Origin: Eledone cirrhosa
Lineage: Eukaryota
Assembly (NCBI GenBank): GCA_964016885.1
Contig: OZ024742.1
Location: forward strand, 209,684,001 to 209,748,000
Direction of reading: 5' to 3'
Length of the DNA stretch: 64,000 nucleotides
Part shown: piece after piece, positions 25,446-39,690 of the stretch
How the letters are laid out: every line of letters begins with the position of its first letter
Numbering within the stretch: position 1 is the first letter of the stretch
Notes under the pieces: model-generated
Database searches by the model: none
Told to the model about the DNA's origin: nothing
The model's input: only the letters and a program-made list of their open reading frames with translations
Program-made: the position numbers and the translations under genes

Positions 25446-27110
25446 GTAGGGGGTGTGAACCAGATTATTTTTCTTTTCCTATTATTATGTTTAAAGGAGT
25501 TAGTATTGTTGGGTATGTACTTAATCGGTTCGCTAAATCCGCTATTTTGAAAGGCTTTATTATAGTAGGGGGATGCCTTATTGAAAATAGCTTCTGAGGA
25601 AGAGCTACAGAAGAGCTATTTATCCATTGGAGTAATTCAGACTTACTTGTAGTACATTGGTTTAATAATATTAAAGATAAAAATAGTTCTAGATTCACCC
25701 AATTTGACATTGTAGACTTCTACCCGTCTATTACTCACCCTCTTTTAACGAAAGCATTAAATTTCACTAGAAAGTTTATCAATATTTCTGATATTGAAGA
25801 GAATGTCATTTTGTATGCTAGAAACACTTTACTGATTACTAATAATGACACTTGGGTAAAAAGATCTAACGCAGAGAACACATTCGATGTCTCAGTGGGT
25901 TCTTTTGACAGTGCTGACGTGTGTGATTTAGTCGGCCTATTGCTCCTACACACACTTAAAGAGAAATTCCCTAACCATACCTTTGGGCTTTATCGTGACG
26001 ATGATCTAATACTTTCCCATACCACTATAGGCCATAACTTAGATAGATTTAGGAAAGACTTAATAAAAACTTTCGCTAGTTTTAATCTTAAAATTACCAT
26101 TGACACTAACCTTTCTAATGTTAATGTTCTAGATATAAACCTAGATCTGCCTACTGCTTCGTATAAACCGTACCATAAACCTAATGAAAATTTAAAATAT
26201 TATAAATAAAGGCTCTTGCCATCCTCCTATAGTTTTTAAAAATCTTATCCCTAATATTAGCCGTAGGATCTCCACCCTCTCTTCCTCAGAAGCTATTTTC
26301 AATAAGGCACATACACCCTCCTACTATAATAAAGCCCTTCAAAATAGCGGATTTAGCGAACCGATTAAGTACATACCCAACAATACTAACTCCTTAATAA
26401 TAATAACATAATAATAGGAAAAGAAAAATAATCTGGTTCACATCTCCCTACTCTTTAACAGTTAAAACTAATGTAGGCAAAACATTCCTAGAGCTCTTAG
26501 ATAAACATTTACCTAGAACACAGAGATACTATAAGATCTTCAATAGAAACTGTGTCAAAATCAGCTACTCCTGCAGTTCCCCTATTAAATCTTATATCCT
26601 CAATAAGAAAATACCAAGAGAACATCAAAATTGCTCCTGTAGAGTCAAAAGTGAATGTCCATTACAAGGTAAATGCAACACCAAAGCCATTGTATATGCG
26701 GCTAAAGTGACAGCCACCAGCAACAACCTACCAGCCACCAGCCAACGATATGTGGGTATGTCATAAGACAAATTCAAAACGCGTTATTACTCACATGTCG
26801 TATCTTTCCGACATCCTGACTCCATGCTTTTGATTTTAGTTTAATTTTAATTTTAATTTGAACTTGAATGTGTGTACAATTATTGTACAATTCTCGTAAA
26901 ATATATGTCACATCCATTCCACCCTGTAAATACGAAACTGTTGCTCACAACATCAATTTATATGTATCTATATTATTGTTCAGTTGAATAGGAGGTTAAT
27001 TATATGTGCAAACATTGATAATGCTCCGATGACTCCAAACGAGAGTTTGGAAGAAACGATTGTCAGCTATTAAATGATTTGAACACAACTTTGATAATTG
27101 TATAATTTAT
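25446..27110 (+). mobile_element. 5'-truncated Naiad-type Penelope-like element
   Basis: RT motifs FDIVDFYPSI, FDVSVGSFDSADVCDLVG, GLYRDD; linker CSCRVKSECPLQGKC; IVY..YVGM endonuclease start; hammerhead-like 3' end; 25446-25604 is an inverted copy of 26278-26451. Confidence 0.88.
27020..27071 (+). ncRNA. Minimal hammerhead ribozyme with core mutation (CCGAUGA)
   Basis: GCT-CCGATGA-CTCCAAAC-GAGA-GTTTGGAA-GAAA-C-GATT-G-TC-AGC. Confidence 0.65.
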
Positions 27111-27174
27111 TTATATATATATTTATATATATATATATATATACATACATATATAAAATGTAAAATATATATCT

Positions 27175-27180
27175 GTGTGT

Positions 27181-27272
<92 letters not shown>
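27175..27272. repeat. (TG)n microsatellite
   Basis: Direct observation. Confidence 0.95.
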
Positions 27273-27274
<2 letters not shown>

Positions 27275-27781
27275 TGTATGTGATTCAGAGAATTACTGGT
27301 GGTGTTACCAAAACGAGCATTCGATGCACAGACAGAGTGTATATATTATGACAAACGATGAAGTTTCGTTTACATGTATTTAGTTTTTTTTATTGTGTAT
27401 CGAACTGTTACGTGCGTTTCGCAGAGGATTGGCTCAGAATCACCTATTGTAGTTATTGATACGACTTCATTATTGATCTGCTCTTCAGACTGGCGATACA
27501 ACAAAAACATATAGAGTCTGTTGTGATTTGTAAGATGATGGCTCTATTTTTTGGTATGTGGGCGTATGTGAGTGTCTTAATGAATTGGTAGGGCTACTTT
27601 TGTGCGTATATATACACATATGTTCATGTGCGTATGTGCATGTGTGTGTGTATCCATTCATATGTGTCTGTATGCACACGTGTTGGTTATTCAAAGTCTA
27701 GTTTTGTGTAGTGTTGTATCGTAAACAGTAAGTGAAATGAAAAAACGATCAGAAGGGCAGTGTCATGCTACGATAATCCAG

Positions 27782-27830
<49 letters not shown>

Positions 27831-27833
27831 AAT

Positions 27834-30800
27834 GATTTCTTTATTGGCCACAAGGGCTGACATCAAGAAAAACATTACAGACGGCACAGGACGGTACAGG
27901 ACGGTACGATGTGGGTTTTGTACGTGTAAATATTTTTATTATTTATATAAGAAAAGAAAAAAAAAAAAGGACATAGAAACATATATATATATATAAACAA
28001 TAAAAATGAAAATTGAAACAATGAAAAATTACCCAATAGGGGGGGTGGGACCTCCGAGGGTTACTCGTGGCGAAAACCACACAAAAGACCACGGCCACCC
28101 TGACCAACAGGGCAAGCGCCCTCTCTCAATTTTTCCATCTCTCAAACTACAGACGTATATTCACTCGGGCCATTCTCGCTACATTCACCCACCTTTCAAC
28201 AAACTTGCTAGAAGGCAGCACTTGCCTCTCCACCCTGATTTTCCTCTTCAAGTGAAACTTGAAAAAGTTAATTAGGGATTCGCCGAAGAGGAAAGTGTTT
28301 GTCTTTAACCCTTTTAACCTTGTCCACCACACAATCTCTTTCGCCATGGCCACCAGGCAGATGAAAACCGCCTGCCCTTCCTCCTCGAAGGAAGACGGCG
28401 AGACCATCTGCACAATGGACTCAGTCGACAACCGGATCAGTCCCACACGCGACAGCAACTGTTCGACATAGCTCCACAAGTCAGCAATGCTCGGGCACTG
28501 AACGAGTGTGTACACAACGGTTTCGTCGCTCTGCGCGCATCTCGGACAGGCTCGGCTGACGGCACTTCCGTGCCTGTAGAGCTTATCTCGAACCGGCAGC
28601 GCTCCCCGGTAGCACTGCCAGGCCAGGGATTTTTGGAAGTTATCCATAGGCCCCGGGCTGAAAGTTCTCCGGAAGAGAGCAAACAGCTGATCTTCTTCGA
28701 CGCCTAGGATCTCTCCGAGAATGTCGTCACTCTTCCCCTCCACTAGTCCTCTATAGAATGCCGAGGTGGATGTTCCACCGATACTGGTACCCAATTGCGA
28801 GAGGGAAGTGAGCGCCTGGAGACATTCCAGTTTCCAAACGCTATTCCTCGGTCTTTTTCTGACCCAGGACTGCAGCTCCGTCAATGAGACGAGCTGTGGG
28901 AAAACGTGCCTGGCGAACGGCGACCACACCTGTTCACCATCAAGGAAGCACCAGAGATGTCGCAGCCTCAGCGCATGTTTGCGCATCATCAGCCATGGCA
29001 TGCCCAGTCCTCCACGCAACGGGTGTTGACAGCAGATGGAACGTCTGACCATGGGAGCGCGTCCCTTCCACAAAAAGCGGAAGGAGGCGCTCTATTTTGG
29101 TGAGAGTTGGGATGGAGCAAGGACGACGGTGAGGCGGTAGCAGATGACGGATGAGATGTACGCATTCGCCACTTCCGCCCGGCCTTTCAGAGACAGCTTC
29201 CTCTCAGCCCATTTCTGGGTGAGGGAGGCCACCCTGCTCGTCACCTCGTTCCAGTTTTTCTCCAACTGGAGGTCCGGTCCAAACCAGACCCCGAGCAATT
29301 TCACCGGTCCGTCCGGCCAACGCCCCACGACGCTGTCGGATGGCATGGACTTGCCCCTCCATGTGCCGAGTTGCAAGCCCACCGACTTTTCCTGGTTTAT
29401 CTTTGCTCCTGTCACCGCTTCGTATTCCTTGAGAGCGGTGGCGAGCATTTGGACGTGTCTGGTGCTCGACACCACCACGGTGACGTCGTCAGCGTAAGCT
29501 GACTCGGATTTCCCGCATCCTAGTTCGCGTGGGACGCCCTTCAACGCCCCCAGTTTGTGCAGTAACGGCTCGAGAGCCAATACGTACCAAAGGGACGAGA
29601 GGGGACAACCCTGGCGGACTGAGCGCATGATGCTGAACGGCTGCGACAGGTGACCGTTCACCCTCACAACTGAGCGGATGTCGCTGTACATTGCTGCAAT
29701 CCAACCCCTGAAACCGGGCCCGAAACCGGCTGCCTCGAGGACCGCCGCCAGGTACCGATGGTCGACCCTATCGAATGCTTTGGATTGATCCAAGTTGATC
29801 AGGGCCCCACCCTCACCAGGTTCCTTAACCACCCTCTCTAAGATGTATCGCATAGGGTGGAGGTTGTCGTGTATGGATCTGTCCGGAATGGCACATGTCT
29901 GCGCCTCTCCCCCCAGACCCTTGACGACAAGCGCCAACTCGTTGCTAACACCTTGGCCAAAATCTTGAACTCTGCGTTTAGCAGGGTTATGGGACTGGAA
30001 TTATCAATAACATCCCCCTTGTTCGGGTCTTTTCTCAGCAGCGCCACTGCTCCCTGGCTCACAAAACTGGGAATGCTCCCGTTCAGCTGCCAGTTGCAGT
30101 AGACGTCTGCCAAGAGGTCACCGAACAAGTCTGGCATAAATGCATAAAGCTCGTAGGGCAGACCATCTAAACCTGGCGATTTACCCCTTGTGCAGTTAGC
30201 CATCGCTTCCCGTATTTCACCGGCTGTTATTGGCTTCTCGCAACACTGTGCTGCGGTCGTCGGGAGCCGAGGTAGTCCGTCGAGGTATGCACTGAAATCC
30301 ATGCCCCGATCCGGGCCGCCGCCGCTCCCGAACAGTTCAGCAAAGTGCTGCTGAAAAGCTTCACACATCCGCTCGGGTTCGAACATCACGCACCCGTTTT
30401 GGTCAGACAAAGACCGAATTGTGGCTTTGTTGCCACGTCGCGCCTCTGCCACCCAGGCCCATTGGACGGCTTTTGTCCCTTCGTGTTTCAGAGCACGCGC
30501 TCTAGCTCTGACAACGCAGCCTTCGTGTTTTGCGTTGAAGAATTGGTCGAGTGCCAATCCCGCCACAAGCACGTCGGTTGCGATGCCTGCCCTAAACGCC
30601 TCTTCTAGCTTTCTGACTAGCTCTCCCTCTACTCTATTTTCCTCTATCACTACTCCTTTGCTAAACCTAATCGACTCTACTTTAATTGCCCTTTTCAGGG
30701 CGAACCACCACCTGTTTTTGACGACCGCTCCCGTTAACGCCCGCTTAACTAATACGCTAATCCGGTCTCTGTAGGCTTTGCGCGCCGGGAAAGACGCGTT

Positions 30801-33500
30801 CAGCTTCCAGTAACCAGGCCCTTGTCTATGAAGTCTGTCTATGTCGATCTCACAGATCACAAATTTGTGGTCTGTGTAGTCGACTATTTTAAATTGTGGA
30901 CAACTTATACTAGCCTTATCTAGTTCTCTGCAGAATACCCTATCGAGATACGATCTGGATGACTCGATGCGGTTTGTCCATGTCCACATTGGCACATTCG
31001 TGTGATCCAGTCGATACCTGTCAGACAGTTCAAATCGTCTGAGCAGGTTGGTGAGGATCTTGCGCCCTCCTCCCCTATCCACTAGCCCCACACGATCCCA
31101 GCGTGCATCCAAGATACCGTTCCAGTCGCCCACTAACACTAAAGAGCGGGACGTGCCAAAAAAGGTCTCTAGACGTCTGAAGAAATCTGGCCGTCCTGCC
31201 CTGTTGGGGCGTAGACGGCTACTAGCCTGAAAGCATTGCCTTCGCTGCCGGTCACGTCCAGCACCACCGACTTACCTTCTGGGTCCAGGAAGATGGCCCG
31301 TATCGCGAGATCCAAGCCTCTCCGAAAAAGGACGGCAACCCCTCCCCCAATCCTGGACGGCTGGGAGATGCGTATACATCGTAGCCGCCGAAGATCGGTG
31401 CGAAGGCCCGTGCTTCGGAGATTCTGGTTTCACTGATGGCCACCACATCTATGTTTAGTGACCTGAGGTCATTGAGTAGGTGACCCTGCTTCCAAGATGA
31501 CCCCAGGCCACGTGCATTTTTTGCCATGTTTATGGCTGTGTACTTTTTGGGGGGAGGGGTGAATTTGTTGCTGTTTTCTTCTTGTTGCTGTTTGGTGTGT
31601 GTGTCTTGTTGTGTTTGCGTTGTTGGTGCTTGTGGTGGTGATGGTGGTGGTGTTGCTGCAAGTTTCGTTGCTGCCTTTACCCCTCTTTGTATGCCTTCGC
31701 TTTTGGAGGGTGAATCTAAGGTTTTTTTTGGTTTTTTGTGGCAGACCGTTTGCCACTTCACTCCCACCTCAAACTCCATGTCGGATTCTGTGGCGTCTGG
31801 GAGGGGTATGTGCTCCACGGCTGTTGGTGGTGGTAGTGGAGCCCTCTTCGGCAATTTTGTTGCTGGTGTAGCTACTTCAAATGTAGCTATTGGTGTTGCC
31901 GCTACTGATGATGCTGCTTTAGTTATCCGTGGTCTTGGTACGGGTGCTACGGACGTTGCCCTCCTACTCACCCTGGAAAGGGCTTCTTCGTTTGTTTCCT
32001 GCCCTGCTCTTAGTAGCAGCGGACCAGGTATTGGAAGGAGAGGGGCCTTCTTCGGTGTCTTCTGCGGGCAAAAGGCCCTGAGGCGACCTTTCGACCCACA
32101 GAGATAACATTTTGGCCGTCTTCCTTCTACACTTATAGGGAGTTGGTATCCTTCCTCGATGTCTATGATATCGGGGATAGCGTCGATACATTCCTGGTGA
32201 GTTTGTATAAGCATTTGCATGCCTATAGCTGACCAGTTCTCTCTCCCTATTTTTTCTACTTGCAGCATGGTTGTCCTGTTCTCGATTCGAGCAAGGACAG
32301 ATGCGGCCAGCTAAGGTATGGGCACGTCGGGTGGGACCTGGGTCACTTTGACCCTCACAATTTTCTGTACGCAGTAGGAGGACACCAAGACCTACTCCTC
32401 ACTCTTTAGGGTTTCCAAAGAGTGAGATTTGCTTCCTGGGGGTGGCGAAAAGTACGTCTACTGTGGCGTACTTTCTGCCTCGGGTGATGTGGGTTTTGCG
32501 AGCCCAGACGCACCCCAAGGCCTTTTGGATTTGAGCCGCCGTGGCTCTCTCCACTCGATGTGAGATTTTGCTTTCGGTGCGGTAAGTCACCGTCTGTAGC
32601 TGCTGATCCTTGAAAAAATCGGGTGGAGGTTTCAGGGAAACTCTATTTGCGCTTCTTGTCACCATGGCCCTTGCGACTGCAATCTCCTCCTCTGTGACTA
32701 ACACTGTCTCGATATTTCGGGCGACACCTGCAAAAGAAGTGGTCCCTTTTTCAGCAGCACCACTGTTGCTGCCGCTACTGGTCTTATTGGTGGTGCTGAG
32801 GTCGCTATTACAGGTATCAATGTCACTGTTGTTGTTTTCGCCTGTACAGTTGTTGGTGTTGTTGTTGTTTTCGTTGATACTGTTGCTGTTGTTACTGTTA
32901 TTGTGGCTGTTGTTATTATTGTTGTTTTTGTTGATACTGTTACTACTATTATTGTTGTGGCTGTTGTTATTGTCATTGTTATTGTCGTTCTCGACCTTAC
33001 CACTGTTATTTTTGTTATTGTCGTTCTCGACTTTACCGCTGTTATTTTTGTTGTTGCTGTTGTTATTGATGGTGTTGTTGTTGTTGTTGTTGTTGTTTTA
33101 TGTTGGTGTTGTTTGTGTTCGAAATATTTGTTAATTTTAAATCTGTAACAATCTTTTTTTCCTTTGTAATATTTTCGTTTATATTTACCTCCGCTGGAAC
33201 GGTGTCTTGTTGACATGTTGATAAAGTCTCCCTCTCTCTGTGTTGTCTGACAGCGCTCTCTCTCTCTCTCTCTTTCTTGTGTTATCCATGTTGAAATTTT
33301 TCAAAAAAAATATTTTTACACAAATACGAATACGACACCCCGTAAAGGGGTGCTGTATTATTTACTAGTGAACTCCTGTATTAGGTGGTTAACTTCTAAA
33401 CTTTTATCAAATTTAAAACTTGAATAAAAGGTTTAGAATGGTTGAAAACAAGGTAAAACGTTGAAAAAACCTGGAGGCAATAAGAAGCGTGGCTTCACCA
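27834..33500 (-). mobile_element. Near full-length Tx1/L1-clade LINE, ORF1 type A, in (TAA)n
   Basis: Thr/Asn-rich ORF1 N-terminus, CYLCGSKGRLRAFC knuckle, APE (GDWN, YLDR, TDH), RT (KSPGLDGLPYE, DQSKAFDRVDH, VRQGCPLS, AYADD) and C-terminal CPRC...ET...C; frameshifted; (TAA)n on both sides. Confidence 0.95.
28147..31520 (-). pseudogene. Tx1 ORF2 (APE-RT-zinc knuckle) split by frameshifts
   Basis: ORF-track pieces 29838-31139, 29092-29937 and 28147-29073 are consecutive parts of one ORF2. Confidence 0.9.
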
Positions 33501-33504
33501 ACAA

Positions 33505-33698
33505 TAATAATAATAATAAATTTGAAGACTAAAATCCAAAGAGGGCTCGATAAGGATAAATATATATCAAATATATAAGAACGTAGAGCAAATATTTATT
33601 AAAATAACAGATTAAAGTTTAAGCAAAGAATCGCGGCTTTCGCCGTTAACGGGATCTTCTGAAACGCAGCGATTCTTTGCTTAAACTTTAATCTGTTA

Positions 33699-33706
<8 letters not shown>
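33505..33706. repeat. Second copy of the 5128-5280 repeat end, folded back as a ~38-bp-arm palindrome, followed by (TA)n
   Basis: TTAAAATAACAGATTAAAGTTTAAGCAAAGAATCGC ... GCGATTCTTTGCTTAAACTTTAATCTGTTATTTTAA. Confidence 0.8.
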
Positions 33707-33769
<63 letters not shown>

Positions 33770-35180
33770 GTGTGTGTATGTATGTATGTTTGTGTGTGTC
33801 TATGTATGTGTGTGTTTGTGTGTGTGTGTGTGTGTGCATTGTCATTTGCAGTGGCGAAATCTTCTGAAATACTAATGCTTATCTATGCGTATATACAGTA
33901 TAGATTAAAACAAACAGTAAGTTCTGCATGCAAGATTTTAAAGAAAGTGTTTGGGAAATCTTTGGAAATGATTACGAGTTATATATGTGTGTATAATGAC
34001 CGTGTCTATGCATATGATGGTTCTATGTTTTCATTTCTATACGGAGTGGTATTTAATAATTAATCCCAAAATTCACCAAACATTTTCTTAGGCGAGTCAA
34101 CTGTAATATTTCGTTTTCAAGATCTCACAAATCTGAAAGCCTTTGCTTTTGTTCAATTATACGAAATAAATGTGATTTATTTATTTACTCAATTCAAAGG
34201 ATAGTTTATTAAATTATGTATATTTTGCTTGATACCATTGTACAATACTTGTTTTACTAATACAACTGAAACTATTTTTCCATACAAAATGTTGAGAGAT
34301 AAATACAGTGAGAGAGAGACTGTGAGTGAAAGACAGAGAGCTATCACCATTATAACTAATTACAGAGCAAGTGACGATTTCCCGCCTATACTCTAATCTT
34401 TTTGTTAACCGTTGTTGCTGGCATGCGTGTTCGTTACTTGAGACACCGTTTGTGAACCGAGATGCTTTATGTACATAAGAATTATTCGTGAACTGATTTT
34501 GACGTGAACCAAGGTTTCACTGTATTTATAAAATTACGTAAATACTAAACCACAATTAATTATTTTAGAGATACATTTAGACTATAATTGTACTATGACA
34601 AATACTGTTGTTCTGACCATTATATTTAGGGAATCTCCATTTGTAAGCATCTGCAATAGCACCATATTGCAAAATCATAGATGTTACATTGTGAAGGTGT
34701 ACTTTGTGAAAGTTTGAGATTTAGTACATATTCAATTAATTGAAAATATCAGTAAAATATTTGATTTGAAAGAAATCCATAGTTGTTATATATGTAATAT
34801 GTAGTCTTAAAACAATTTATATTTCCGTGTGTTATCAATACTACTACAGAATTGTCCCCAAAATATAACATATGGTTATGATAAAACACAGTTATGGTCC
34901 ATATCTATAGTACAAGAAAGAGAGGGTGAAATGTCTCACCATATCAACAGTCTAATGGCTTAAAGAATTAAAAGTTTTAAGGAATAACCTATCACGCACT
35001 GATTATCAACTAAATTATAAAACCAGGATGGCCTTCATAAAAATATTAGAACGTTTTTTAACCTCATGTAATTATAAGTAAATATTTCATAAAACGTATA
35101 CACGCACGCGCGCTCTCGCATATATACGTATAAGTAAGCAGGATTAAAATCAGTGTTGCAGTTATATATAAACTTTATTG

Positions 35181-35270
35181 ACATATTACAATCGTTTCAA
35201 TATCGTTCGGCCCAGAGTTCAATAATGATGTCCGAGACCCGATTCTACCACAACATCTCATCAGATATGT
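35181..35270 (-). ncRNA. Hammerhead ribozyme (minimal stem III, long stem II insert)
   Basis: Minus strand: ACATAT-CTGATGA-GATGTTG...CGATATT-GAAA-C-GATT-G-TA-ATATGT, followed by AATAAA. Confidence 0.75.
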
Positions 35271-35384
35271 GCACTAAAACCGCCTTAACCCTGTAATACA
35301 ACCCAACATGAGATAGATCATTGTAGCAGCATCGAGTCCTTAAAATGACAAACCGCCTGTAACTATAGTTACACACACACACAC

Positions 35385-36895
35385 ACAAATAGGACTAAAT
35401 TTATACAAATGGACATAGTTAGCTACTATTCATTAATTTCACCAATACTACTCAATAAGGCCCTTAAATACGCAATGAAATATATGGATCCTACTCGTGA
35501 AGAAGTTAACATTATTCTAACAGCCACAAAAACTATGATAGAATTCAACGATCAATTATGGACATGAGCGGACAGTCCAGAAAACTTTGACATCACTATA
35601 GGATCTATAGACTCAGCTCAGGTTACGGACCTTGTGGGAGTTTACATCCTACACCTAATCAAAAGAAGGATTCTAGAACTGGGTGGCGGTTTGTACCACG
35701 ATGGCGCTCTTTTCACTTTAATTAACCATAGCAACAGTGTCCTAAATAGAAAAAAGAAGATAATAATAGACTTTTTAACAATTATGGTCTTAAGCTTAAA
35801 ATAGGAAATAACAGTAGAATAGCCAACTTTCTCGACATAACACTAAACCTTAATTTTAGCCTATACTAACCATACCACAAATTAAACGAAAACCTCAATT
35901 ATGTTAGCTACTTCTCAAACCACCCTAAAAACGTTAAAAAGGCCATAGTCAAAAGGGTAGTACAGAGAATCTATAGACTCTCTGTTAACAAGAAAATGTT
36001 CGATGGCAAGGCTAGATACTATAATAATGCATTAACTAGAGCCGGTTACCAGGACAAAATTGAATACATGCAAATAGATAGAAACAATTACACACCCACA
36101 CATAGATCCAAACAAACCAAAGGCATAAACACTAGAAAACACACAATGGTAATGGATATAATAGGGGTACTCGAATCCAAAACAATAGAGACAGGATAAA
36201 CCCGGCTCCAAATAAATATAATACGACTACAACTATGAAGTTAAATAAGAGGATGAGATCCTGTTCCGTTCTGTCGTATAATCCACCCCACTCCAGAAGA
36301 CTACAAAAACATAGCTAGATTTTTTTTTAACGCATTAGATAAATGTTTTTCAAAATCACACAAATACAGTCAAATCTTTAATCGACACCAAACTTTCTTA
36401 CTCAACAACCAATAGTATAGCCCAGAATATAGCGAAGATTAACAATAAAAATCTGGGAATTAAACATAAAGAGATAACATATAATAGCAAGCATAAAAAC
36501 ACTGATAGATTAAACAGCAACTGGAACAACAGACATAACACCATTAACACAAATAAGACAAACCAACGGACACACAGACACATAGAAGGAACAATGAAAA
36601 CGGAAACGTGAATAATTGCAATTGTAGAGATCATAACGGATACCCAATGCAAAATAATTGTTTAGAGAAGAATATTGTTTACGAATGTAGAGTAGTAAGA
36701 CTTATAGATATATTGGCGCAACCTCTACTAGATTTATAGAAAGATAGTTCCACCATCGCCACTCATTTAAAAGAGCTGATAAATAGTCTAACACAGCCCT
36801 GTCGGAACTGATTTGGTCACTAAAAAATAATGAAGTACAATATTCCCTTTCTCAGTCAAAACTTTCACATGCTTTTCCCTATATAAATGGATTTA
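35385..36895 (+). mobile_element. Highly degenerate Naiad-type Penelope-like element
   Basis: Remnants FIQMDI..YYS.I, FDITIGSIDSAQVTDLVG, NFLDITLNL, CNCRD...PMQNNC, NIVYEC..YIGATSTRF with many stops. Confidence 0.8.
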
Positions 36896-37040
36896 TATCT
36901 TCTGAGTGTGACATCCAATCCTAATACCTAATTTTTGCTGGACCGGCAATCGCTCTGTATAATCAGCTCCTGATTTTTTATTACTGGAATTCTATAAGAA
37001 TCCAGCTTCTATAATTTTCGGCGGAAGCAGGTGAGTGCGT

Positions 37041-37082
37041 GGCTCTGATGAACGCCAACCAGCGTGAAACAGACTGTCAGCT
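37041..37082 (+). ncRNA. Compact hammerhead ribozyme with intact core
   Basis: GGCT-CTGATGA-ACGC-CAACCA-GCGT-GAAA-CAGACTG-TC-AGCT; predicted GUC cleavage after 37078. Confidence 0.8.
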
Positions 37083-37216
37083 TCTCTCCCTTCTTTCGCC
37101 GAAAAGAAGTAAGTGACATAGTCACTAATTTAAAACTGATAGCGTATACATACTGTATATTGCCAAATATACTATACATACATTCATGTATACATCGCTA
37201 TATCAGAGCACCAATC

Positions 37217-38503
<1,287 letters not shown>

Positions 38504-38560
38504 ATATATATATATATTTATATATATATATTTATATATATATATTTATATATATATATA

Positions 38561-38870
38561 GGATGAAAAACTCAGAGCTGTATGGGAGCATCCCAAAAGT
38601 CAGCTCAAAAGTGACACAGAGGAGACTGAGGTTAGCTGGACATGCTCACCGACATCCAGAGTTGACATTGCACTCAGTACTCCTTTGGGAGCCCCTACAT
38701 GGACACACTAGAAGAGGAAGACCAAGGTTAACGTATGTTGATGCCCCAAGGACAGACACTGGTCTGTTGGAGATGCAGGACATGGCAGCGATAATGAGGG
38801 ACAGAGACCGCTGGAGAGAACTCGTCCATGGATCTCGGGAATTTTACCCGCCTTAGATAGATTAGATAGA
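38561..38870 (+). mobile_element. 3' fragment of an RTE-clade LINE with (TAGA)-like tail
   Basis: NSELYG...RRLRLAGH..RH......LLWEP.HG..RRGRP..TYVD motif; near-identical copy at 63234-63537. Confidence 0.85.
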
Positions 38871-38879
38871 TATATATTA

Positions 38880-39690
38880 ATAATATAATTAACGTTGCTG
38901 CGATCGAATGTGGCTTTTTAGCCCAACCAATGATCTAAAATGTCTTGCACGGTGTTGGCAACCATGATAAGAACATTCACTGGCAATAGCCGGCTGTGGT
39001 TGGTCATCATGTACTTTTGCACATGCTTGACTGTTATGATGAGTAGCATCTCCGACAGCAGCCTGGTAGTCAACCACTGGTCGCACTTTATGACTGCGAA
39101 GATGACTTTTCAGTCCAGCTTTGCTGAAGCGGCGTCTTACACAGACGCTACATGCCAGAACCATAGGAAGACCTTTGCTGCCTGGAAATGTAACAGCAAT
39201 GCCTTTCCTGACATCCCTTTTTAGTTTCTCGTATGCGATTCGAGATGCTTCAAAAGCAACTTTCCCCTCATGTACAATCTTTCTCTATTCATTACGATTA
39301 GAAAGCTACGCTTCCTCATGTATCAGCAGAGATGTTAGCGTCTTTCAAGGAGGCTTTCAACGAATCGTTATACCTCGTTTTGGGTTTATGTGGCGGTCGT
39401 TTCCTTTAACTAACTCTCCATAAAAGAGTTGTTTTGGTTTCCTAGAACCCTCCATCCTGGCAAGGTGACCATTCCATCGTAGTCTTTGCTTAAGCACAAG
39501 AGCTTCTATACTTTTATACAGAGAACTTTCCAAAATCTCGACATCACTGATGTGGTCCCTCCAGTGAACGCCAGGGACCCGTCTGAGATACATCTGATGG
39601 AAACGTTCTAACTGTTTAAGGTGGTGGCGATATATGATCCAGGTCTCGTACGCATAGAGAAGAGAAGAGAGCACACATACCTTGTACACC
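38880..39690 (-). mobile_element. 3' fragment of a BovB-like RTE LINE with C-terminal C2H2-type fingers
   Basis: YK.CVLS.LLY..ETW..YRHHLK.LERFH, RW.GHL.RM...R.PKQLFYGEL, then CSVC.R...SKAGLKSHLRSH and a second decayed finger. Confidence 0.85.
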
